From IMG/VR virus record IMGVR_UViG_3300028558_000016, positions 214,014-278,013 of that record: DNA of 64,000 nt. One strand, given 5' to 3'. Position 1 is the first letter of the stretch; each line of letters begins with the position of its first letter. Origin of the DNA: a virus. Position numbers and translations under genes: made by a program. Positions 57,163 through 64,000 of this stretch are shown here, piece by piece. The notes beneath the pieces are model-generated. The model did not search any database. It worked only from the letters and a program-made list of their open reading frames with translations, and had not been told where the DNA came from.

Positions 57163-58160
57163 GACGCATAAAGCTATATGAAGAATTTGTCGTTCAACTC
57201 AATGAGCTGAACGCAAGTCCTTATTTCTGGAGATGGGACACCAACAAGACTGCAAAGTTTGAATCGCCTGACGATACTTACGAAGTATTCTTCTTTAAAA
57301 CCAAAGACGACAACACATACATAGCACATTACGAATCAAAGAAATACGGAACAAACAAATCAGGACCTGGATCAACAGGAAATGCAATGAGAGTTCTTGC
57401 AACTGTAATGGACATCATAATAGCTTTCCTTGATCAGTTTCCTGAATACGACGTTGAATTCGTAGGAGACAAAGAAGAAGACGAGAAAGATGGTCCAACC
57501 AAGAGAGACAGAATATACAAGATGATGATGCAAGATCTTCCAGACAATTACAAATGGGAACTCGCATCAGACAAGAAAACAATTCACATAAGCAGGCAAC
57601 ACGTTTACGAAGACGTTAGCGGAATTGGTGGTGAAACATTCTACCATGGATCAACTGACAAGAATTTAGCTGGTCACAAGGGATTGCATGTAGGAACTCG
57701 TGAGGCAGCAAAGGAAGCTCTTGAAGCAAGGATAGGAGTTCCAGCTGAAGGAGAATGGGATGGAACAAGAGAATATGGAAAGACTCTATTAGCAGGACAA
57801 GACAGATTGAACAAGATAGAGAAGGAAGAAAAAAGATATGTGGCAACAGGTTTCAATTGTGGAAGCGATGTGCCAAAAGAAGATTACTATCCGACAGACA
57901 GAAAGGAAAAAGCAACATACAGCGATGAGTCTGTTGTTCCAATGAACTGCAAGCCAATAATATTTCCAGTTAAAATAGTCGGTCACATGACAAACACGCC
58001 TCAGCATCCATTGAGCGATTCCAAAGCGAATGGATTGATGAAAAGAAGCTTGACGGCAGGAAATGCTAAGAGCGGATTCTATTACAAGAACATCGGAGAG
58101 GACGAAGGGTCTATATCAGCTGTCGTTCCGGATAAGTCTTTCTTGAAACTTACCACTTAG
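57159..58160 (+). CDS. CTS-motif protein (MRRIKLYEEFVVQLNE) with PARP/diphtheria-toxin-like ADP-ribosyltransferase signature
   Basis: FYHGSTDKNLAGHKGLHVG parallels PARP HGSRTTNFAGILSQGLRIA; downstream RYVATGF (Tyr) and YSDESVV (cf. YNEYIVY catalytic Glu). Confidence 0.55.
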   Translation: MRRIKLYEEFVVQLNELNASPYFWRWDTNKTAKFESPDDTYEVFFFKTKDDNTYIAHYESKKYGTNKSGPGSTGNAMRVLATVMDIIIAFLDQFPEYDVEFVGDKEEDEKDGPTKRDRIYKMMMQDLPDNYKWELASDKKTIHISRQHVYEDVSGIGGETFYHGSTDKNLAGHKGLHVGTREAAKEALEARIGVPAEGEWDGTREYGKTLLAGQDRLNKIEKEEKRYVATGFNCGSDVPKEDYYPTDRKEKATYSDESVVPMNCKPIIFPVKIVGHMTNTPQHPLSDSKANGLMKRSLTAGNAKSGFYYKNIGEDEGSISAVVPDKSFLKLTT

Positions 58161-58286
58161 TTATTAACATTATAAATTCATAACTTGCTCACAAGTATGA
58201 TACTAATGACGGATTAATGCCTACATTTGTGAGCCGTCAGTTTTTGGCCTTTGAGGTTCTCAGTATTAATATTTTGAATTAGTATA

Positions 58287-58475
58287 ATGCCAAAACAAAT
58301 TTCAACTTATTCGTTGCAACAAGAGATTGTAGACAATGAAACCTACCATAATTTTTTCGTGAATTTCAGAAACCAAGGTGGAGATTTATCCTTGCTTAAG
58401 GATTATTATCTCAAAGAGGAATTCCATTACAACAAGAGCTTAACCGAATCACTTAATGAAATTCCAAAGCCATGA
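58287..58475 (+). CDS. hypothetical small protein
   Basis: 62 aa. Confidence 0.3.
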   Translation: MPKQISTYSLQQEIVDNETYHNFFVNFRNQGGDLSLLKDYYLKEEFHYNKSLTESLNEIPKP

Positions 58476-58729
58476 GACATAATAAAACTTTTTCGGTGTA
58501 TCTTATGAGATACATTTATGGAACACACTATGTTGGAGTCAATATAGATCCTGTCAAACATATTATAGAATTCAATAAAAGGAAAAAATGTCAAGCCGTT
58601 CTCATCTATATTATATCCGATTTATCCATTATAGATGCAATAGACATTCAATTAAATCTTAAGAGTCAGAGCACCAATACTCTCGAAGAATATTTCCAAG
58701 AACACGGTAAACAAGTTATACATGTCTGA
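58472..58729 (+). CDS. hypothetical small protein
   Basis: 85 aa. Confidence 0.35.
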   Translation: MRHNKTFSVYLMRYIYGTHYVGVNIDPVKHIIEFNKRKKCQAVLIYIISDLSIIDAIDIQLNLKSQSTNTLEEYFQEHGKQVIHV

Positions 58730-58904
58730 AGATTTAAAATATAAAATGTTCTTGATTGACATCAAGAATCTGTGTGATCAACACGACGACTTAGCGCCGA
58801 TCTCTAATCTAATAAAAAATGGAATGACACGTTTGGAAAAAAAGCCTGGTCCGATCATAGAAAAAGAATTAAAGAAACCTATACCTCTTTATTTATTAAA
58901 TTGA
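58722..58904 (+). CDS. hypothetical small protein
   Basis: 60 aa; converges on minus-strand gene. Confidence 0.3.
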   Translation: MSEDLKYKMFLIDIKNLCDQHDDLAPISNLIKNGMTRLEKKPGPIIEKELKKPIPLYLLN

Positions 58905-59265
58905 TGTGCATCTTCAGTATGTCACACAATTCCTCGCCGGCCTCTTTGAGATCGGAATCCTCGTAATACCAATTGATGGAAGCATTGTGAAACGCTTCCA
59001 ATTTCCTGAATATCTTTATTAATTGCAACAGGCTTGATGGAGAGAAATATCCAAGGTCCACGTTGATCAGGAAATAAGAATTCTTGTCTTGAACTTTTAG
59101 GAAAGCATCAAGCCAATCTATTATTGGAAGATAAAATGATTTTGGATCTGTTGGAACTGAAACCCCTTTGATGTTAAAGATCCCATCCTTTGGAATGTAC
59201 TCGAACGATGGAGACTTTTCTGTGGCCTTCATCCTTAAGGGGATATTGTACAAACCATCACTCAC
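58879..59265 (-). CDS. hypothetical protein (minus-strand module, gene 2)
   Basis: 128 aa. Confidence 0.45.
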   Translation of the reverse strand: MSDGLYNIPLRMKATEKSPSFEYIPKDGIFNIKGVSVPTDPKSFYLPIIDWLDAFLKVQDKNSYFLINVDLGYFSPSSLLQLIKIFRKLEAFHNASINWYYEDSDLKEAGEELCDILKMHINLINKEV

Positions 59266-59281
59266 ATGTTAAATATACTAA

Positions 59282-60013
59282 TTATAAAGACAATCCTAAA
59301 ATATTTCTATTATAAATCTTAGAAGCAAATAGATGATTGAGGACAGGGAATACGCTCTTCTTTGTGTCATAGCTTAAATCGCTCTCAACAGCCACAAATA
59401 GATCATCAGACTTGTTCTCCTCTTCTAACACCTTAATCTTAACGTCTGTGAAATCTGCTTTGGTCGGCATGTCATAATATTTATGCAATGAGAAAGTAAC
59501 GTCCTTAAATGTGGAATCATAGATGAACTTGTAACACTCGAACACAGGTGAACCCGCATATCTCAATAACAAATATCCGGTGCTCTTGTCCAATGTTTTT
59601 CCAATGTAATAAAGCTTGATGTGTGATTCGATCTTCTTGAAAACCTCACCGCCCTGCTTTATGGATTCCTGCAATTTTTTTAATGACCACTTAGCGATCT
59701 TAATTGCTTCCATCAAATCAGGATTGTTATCAGGTTGAGAGGCAACCTTCTTGAAATATTCTCTTTGTTCATCTGTAGGTGATGGAACGTCTCTCAATTC
59801 GAGAAGAGATCTTATTGTAAGAAAGCATTCGATGTTTTTCGAATGGTATCGTGTTTCCTGCAGATAATCTGCAAGGTTGTTTCTCTTGAAACCTCTTTCC
59901 ACCTTTTGAAGATAATCCATTAAAATGTACTGCTTATGCTCGAAATCGATAGGCGATTCGAGGAACCAAATGGGTGATAGTTTCATGCCGTTTGTAGTTT
60001 TCTTGCGTGCCAT
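59282..60013 (-). CDS. hypothetical protein (minus-strand module, gene 1)
   Basis: 243 aa; divergent from fiber gene. Confidence 0.5.
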   Translation of the reverse strand: MARKKTTNGMKLSPIWFLESPIDFEHKQYILMDYLQKVERGFKRNNLADYLQETRYHSKNIECFLTIRSLLELRDVPSPTDEQREYFKKVASQPDNNPDLMEAIKIAKWSLKKLQESIKQGGEVFKKIESHIKLYYIGKTLDKSTGYLLLRYAGSPVFECYKFIYDSTFKDVTFSLHKYYDMPTKADFTDVKIKVLEEENKSDDLFVAVESDLSYDTKKSVFPVLNHLFASKIYNRNILGLSL

Positions 60014-60077
60014 GTTTCAGTTTATATATTCATTAAATTTTCAATATATAGGATAAGTAAAACCCATCAATCCATTC

Positions 60078-62198
60078 ATGAACGGTGCTCAATTAAAAAT
60101 CAAACAAATCAAGGGTCTCAACGCAGAGCTCGCTGATAAGCTTTCAAAGAGTTTAGGCGGAACTGTTACCGGACCATTGACGATAGGTGGACCATTAGTG
60201 GTCACTGGGCCAACCATCATAAACACTGATCTTTCTTTACAAGGAGCTATAGTGGATTTTTATGGAAGTCCTGGACCTCCAGGATGGGTGCTAACCTCCA
60301 CAGGAACAGCAACACAATGGGTGGATCCTTTAGGACCATTAGGTGTTTCAGGATTTAGTGGAACATCAGGTATCTCAGGTTACAGCGGAACATCAGGTGT
60401 TTCTGGTTACACAGGTGTAAGCGGTTATTCAGGTGTAAGCGGATTCTCTGGATATTCCGGAGACAGCGGTACAAGTGGAACAACAGGTATTTCAGGAACA
60501 AGCGGTGTTTCAGGTTTTTCTGGATACTCAGGCGTATCAGGATACTCTGGAACTTCTGGTATTTCAGGAACGAGCGGTATAAGTGGAACAACAGGTGTAA
60601 GCGGATTTTCAGGATACACTGGAGCTTCAGGAACTTCTGGATTTACTGGTGTGTCAGGTTTTTCTGGATACTCAGGCGTGAGTGGTTTTTCTGGATACAC
60701 AGGAACTTCTGGTATTTCAGGAACAAGCGGTATTAGTGGAACTTCTGGAATTTCTGGATACAGTGGTGTTTCAGGTTTTTCTGGTGTTAGTGGATGGTCA
60801 GGATCAAGCGGTATTTCTGGATTCAGTGGTTATTCAGGTGTAAGTGGATTCACAGGTGTGAGCGGTTACACTGGTGTTTCTGGATTCACTGGAACTTCTG
60901 GTATTTCTGGATCATCTGGATATTTTGGACAAGATGGTATGTCAGGTTTTTCTGGATTCTCTGGATTCGGAATTTCTGGTTACTCAGGATATTCTGGAAA
61001 CAATGGAGTTGCCGGTGGAGCTTTATACTATTTAAGAGATGAAGACTCAGATGTCCCAGGCTTTAAAGAATTAGATATAAATCCAGATGGAATAGATCCT
61101 GAAGGATCTTATACAGCTGCTTGCGATAATACAACCGGCGAAGTATTAATAAAACAATTCTTAACTTTTCCATCAAACCCAGATCAGCTTTATATTTCAG
61201 GTGGTTCATGGATATTCGATACTTATGCCTCAGTAGACAACTCAGGCGGAGTTTCAAATATCGTAATAAGATTTTACAAGAGAGATCAATTTGGTATTGA
61301 GACTGAATTGTTCAACGTAACGACTGCAGAGATAAATGTCGTATCTCCTACATTATTTTCAAAAGAAATTCTCCAAGGAGAATTCAATATAGCATTAACT
61401 GATAGATTATTAGTAAAGTATTTTGCAAAAACTACTTCAACGACAACAATTAACGTCAGCATTTATTTAGAAGGAAATACGCATGCAACACATATTCACT
61501 CTCCTGTATCTTTCATAGGAGCTTCAGGTTTCTCTGGATGGTCAGGTTTTAGTGGAACTTCAGGAACTTCTGGATTCACAGGAGTTTCAGGATTTACGGG
61601 TGTGAGCGGATATAGCGGTGTTTCAGGTTTTTCTGGTGTAAGCGGATTCACAGGTGTCAGTGGTGTTTCAGGTTTCTCTGGATATTCTGGAACAAGTGGA
61701 ACATCTGGTTATAGTGGAACATCTGGTTTTTCAGGCGTGTCAGGTTACTCTGGAACTTCTGGATTCTCTGGATATTCTGGAACATCAGGCTTCACAGGCG
61801 TCAGCGGTTTCTCAGGTATTTCTGGAGACTCAGGTGTTAGCGGATTCACAGGAGCAAGTGGAACATCCGGTTTTTCAGGCGTGTCAGGTTACTCTGGAAC
61901 TTCTGGATTCTCTGGATATTCTGGAACAAGTGGAACATCCGGTTATAGTGGATTTAGCGGAGTTTCTGGATATTCTGGTGTAAGTGGATTCTCAGGTGTT
62001 TCAGGATTTAGCGGATACTCAGGAACATCCGGATTCTCTGGTTACAGCGGAACAAGTGGATTTACCGGTGTCAGTGGATTCAGCGGCGTTAGCGGATTTT
62101 CAGGAACCTCTGGATTATCTGGAACTTCTGGATTTTCAGGAACCTCTGGATTTGATGCAGGTATTCTTGCATTGATCATCAATAGTCTTGGCTTGTAA
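60078..62198 (+). CDS. collagen-like tail fiber protein with two (Gly-X-Ser/Thr)n blocks flanking a globular domain
   Basis: 706 aa. Gly at every third residue over ~aa 86-310 and ~477-695 with X mostly F/Y/V/I/T/W and Y mostly S/T. N-terminal non-repeat head; central ~170-aa non-repeat domain. Confidence 0.75.
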   Translation: MNGAQLKIKQIKGLNAELADKLSKSLGGTVTGPLTIGGPLVVTGPTIINTDLSLQGAIVDFYGSPGPPGWVLTSTGTATQWVDPLGPLGVSGFSGTSGISGYSGTSGVSGYTGVSGYSGVSGFSGYSGDSGTSGTTGISGTSGVSGFSGYSGVSGYSGTSGISGTSGISGTTGVSGFSGYTGASGTSGFTGVSGFSGYSGVSGFSGYTGTSGISGTSGISGTSGISGYSGVSGFSGVSGWSGSSGISGFSGYSGVSGFTGVSGYTGVSGFTGTSGISGSSGYFGQDGMSGFSGFSGFGISGYSGYSGNNGVAGGALYYLRDEDSDVPGFKELDINPDGIDPEGSYTAACDNTTGEVLIKQFLTFPSNPDQLYISGGSWIFDTYASVDNSGGVSNIVIRFYKRDQFGIETELFNVTTAEINVVSPTLFSKEILQGEFNIALTDRLLVKYFAKTTSTTTINVSIYLEGNTHATHIHSPVSFIGASGFSGWSGFSGTSGTSGFTGVSGFTGVSGYSGVSGFSGVSGFTGVSGVSGFSGYSGTSGTSGYSGTSGFSGVSGYSGTSGFSGYSGTSGFTGVSGFSGISGDSGVSGFTGASGTSGFSGVSGYSGTSGFSGYSGTSGTSGYSGFSGVSGYSGVSGFSGVSGFSGYSGTSGFSGYSGTSGFTGVSGFSGVSGFSGTSGLSGTSGFSGTSGFDAGILALIINSLGL
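60333..61008 (+). repeat. 9-nt-periodic coding repeat block 1 (GGn-nnn-TCn/AGy triplets)
   Basis: Encodes (G-X-S/T)n; generates spurious ORFs in other frames. Confidence 0.8.
61509..62165 (+). repeat. 9-nt-periodic coding repeat block 2
   Basis: Second (G-X-S/T)n block of the fiber gene. Confidence 0.8.
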
Positions 62199-62220
62199 AG
62201 ATCAAAATATATAAAAGAGA

Positions 62221-62988
62221 ATGATCAGGTTAGACACAGTAAATAAGTCGATTAGAATTTATTCGGATGCTACAGCAACTACGAATGAACCAAATTATGC
62301 AACATCATGGGATGACATAAGAGTGGTAAACCCGCAGTTCACGCCAGGCAGTCAAGATGGAGCTTTAAATGGAACAACGCCGATTGCAGTAATTTCTGCG
62401 CCGGCTTCTTCAATATACAGAAATATAAAATACATCCATGTTGCGAATGTAGACACAGTTCAACACGTAATAACAGTTGAGCTTTTAAATAATGGAACAC
62501 AAAGAACTCTTTTAAAAGTAACGCTTGGAATAGGAGAAGAATTAATATTCAACGATGGTTCTGGCTGGATGACGTTAGACAATATTGGCGAACTGAAAAT
62601 CACCGGTAATTCCGGAGCTAACATCAAGGTTGGTCAAATAGGTTTCGGCATCGATAACAATGGAAGTGTATTAACAACAGGAACAAAAGCTTATGCAGTA
62701 GTCCCTTTCTCAGGAACGATAGTCTCATGGGAATTGTTTTCAGATGTTGCAGGAAACGTTGTGATAGATGTTTGGAAAGCTCCCTATGCGAGTTATCCGC
62801 CAACAGTGGCAAACACCATAACAGGAACAGATAAGCCAACGCTCTCTTCTCAACAGAAGAATGTTGACACGGTTCTTACTGGATGGGGAAACCAAGTAGT
62901 CAATGCAGGAGATATTTTTGCGTTCAATATAGATTCAGTATCAACGATAACGAGACTCAACGTGAGCCTCAAAATAATTAAAGACTAA
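62221..62988 (+). CDS. putative structural (tail/fiber-associated) protein
   Basis: 255 aa, T/S/G/N-rich beta-type composition, directly after fiber gene. Confidence 0.5.
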   Translation: MIRLDTVNKSIRIYSDATATTNEPNYATSWDDIRVVNPQFTPGSQDGALNGTTPIAVISAPASSIYRNIKYIHVANVDTVQHVITVELLNNGTQRTLLKVTLGIGEELIFNDGSGWMTLDNIGELKITGNSGANIKVGQIGFGIDNNGSVLTTGTKAYAVVPFSGTIVSWELFSDVAGNVVIDVWKAPYASYPPTVANTITGTDKPTLSSQQKNVDTVLTGWGNQVVNAGDIFAFNIDSVSTITRLNVSLKIIKD

Positions 62989-62992
62989 AAGC

Positions 62993-64000
62993 ATGTCAAA
63001 GAAAGCAATAGATTTCGTATTCACAGGAGCAACCACACCAATCGCTTCTTACGATTCAACAAAGACCAACATTGGAACTTTGATCAAACAATATACAGGA
63101 GCTCTCGCAACAGATAAGTTTGCAGGCCCAGAAATAGTTTCTGTCGCAAGACCAGGTGAAGCTTCCACTTCCATATTCGGAGGATTTCCATATATCGTAC
63201 AATTTTCTACGACAATTGATTGGGTTTTCCTTGCAGAAAACTCTGCTGCCGCTGTGACAAGAAGAATAATCTGGTATGAATTTAATAAGACTACTCAAGT
63301 CTTTACGTGGAAAGGATTCATCACACTAACATACCCAGCTGCGACCGCACACACCATAAGAGGTTTAAGCGTAACAAAAGATAATTACACCACTGGAACT
63401 GTAGCCGTCTCAGGAACTACTGTGACTGGAACAGGTTCTTTATGGTTAACTGAACCACAATCATTAGGTTCAAGAATAGGATTTGGAACAACCGATCCAA
63501 CCGCTGTAACAACGTGGTTTGAAATCTCTGCTATAGGATCAGACACATCCATAACATTAACATCAACTGCAGGAAGCATACCTGCTGGAACTGCTTATGT
63601 CATTGAAGATTTAAGAGTCTATACTGCGACAACAAATGCTACATTAACCAATGGCGGTTTATTTGTTACTAAAGGTTTAAGAATAGAAAACTTTTCAACG
63701 GGTGGAACAACAATTTCAGCTGCTGTAACAACCGATAACATAAGAGCTGTTTACTGGTTGGCTGATGCTTCAACTGTCACAAATACTGTAGCAGGTGGTT
63801 TATATGTCGACACGAGATCTTCATGGACTAACCAAGTTGCTTACATCGTCAACGTGACAGCTGCGACAACTCCAGCTATTTATGTCTATAATACAAGAGC
63901 AGCCTTAACGCTTGCCGCAGGAAAAGACACAACAACAAACACCATAAAGACCGGAGTTCAAACCGTAACAGGTAACGTTTCTCAGGTAGGAAATGGAATT
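62993..64000 (+). CDS. Thr-rich putative structural protein (partial, open at window end)
   Basis: ATG 62993 (MSKKAIDFVFTG...), uninterrupted to nt 64000; absent from track because no stop in window. Confidence 0.5.
   Translation, partial: MSKKAIDFVFTGATTPIASYDSTKTNIGTLIKQYTGALATDKFAGPEIVSVARPGEASTSIFGGFPYIVQFSTTIDWVFLAENSAAAVTRRIIWYEFNKTTQVFTWKGFITLTYPAATAHTIRGLSVTKDNYTTGTVAVSGTTVTGTGSLWLTEPQSLGSRIGFGTTDPTAVTTWFEISAIGSDTSITLTSTAGSIPAGTAYVIEDLRVYTATTNATLTNGGLFVTKGLRIENFSTGGTTISAAVTTDNIRAVYWLADASTVTNTVAGGLYVDTRSSWTNQVAYIVNVTAATTPAIYVYNTRAALTLAAGKDTTTNTIKTGVQTVTGNVSQVGNGI

Noticed and set aside
60333-62165. Possible CRISPR or minisatellite array suggested by short periodic repeats
   Set aside because: Periodicity is 9 nt with no spacers, lies entirely in one long in-frame ORF, and encodes Gly-X-Ser. 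It is a coding repeat, not CRISPR.
60355-62175. ORFs 60355..60591(-), 60425..60700(-), 60794..61042(+), 61063..61257(-), 61654..61983(+), 61984..62175(+)
   Set aside because: They are artefacts of the 9-nt periodic (G-X-S/T)n repeat, which lacks stops in several frames. Their products are PEYPE/LDxLE or W/F/R low-complexity strings.
1-64000. Integrase, transposase, IS elements, attachment sites or prophage boundaries
   Set aside because: No tyrosine/serine recombinase or DDE motifs were seen. There are no flanking direct repeats, and the dense unidirectional lytic-phage gene organisation holds throughout, so no mobile-element features are reported.

Overview
This 64-kb window is a densely packed, AT-rich segment of a large virulent phage-like genome. 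Almost every gene is on the + strand and many overlap by ATGA/TAATG. It carries Bacteroidetes-style rho-independent terminators, and lipobox/OmpA signals suggest a Bacteroidetes host. Replication and nucleotide genes that can be recognised include: a family-B DNA polymerase split into two ORFs 16.9 kb apart; a UvsX/RecA recombinase; dUTPase; a ClpP-like protease; a two-subunit type IIB (Topo VI-like) topoisomerase; and a possible sliding clamp. Other calls: a holin with a C-terminal PAS domain; a complete NitT/TauT-type ABC transporter module next to a large OmpA-anchored protein; two HxGH nucleotidyltransferase fusions (one to an Rnl2-like ligase domain, one to an HD domain); and a 400-nt tmRNA-like RNA in an 840-bp structured non-coding region. 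An AAA+ ATPase, SprT-like and M50 metalloproteases, a histone-H1-like K/A/P-repeat protein, and a 706-aa collagen-like (Gly-X-Ser/Thr)n fiber followed by structural genes are also present. The most unusual feature is a family of at least 12 ORFs, ten of them contiguous at 51.4-58.2 kb and the rest at 3.6-8.2 kb. Their N-termini share a T4 capsid-targeting-sequence-like motif (MK.IK.FE.F ... [L/I]xE), and two of them carry ADP-ribosyltransferase-fold signature strings. This looks like a cassette of capsid-packaged, protease-processed, injected effector proteins. Three gene blocks use CGN instead of AGR arginine codons. No integrase, transposase or CRISPR array was seen. All functional calls rest on motif reading; no database search was run.
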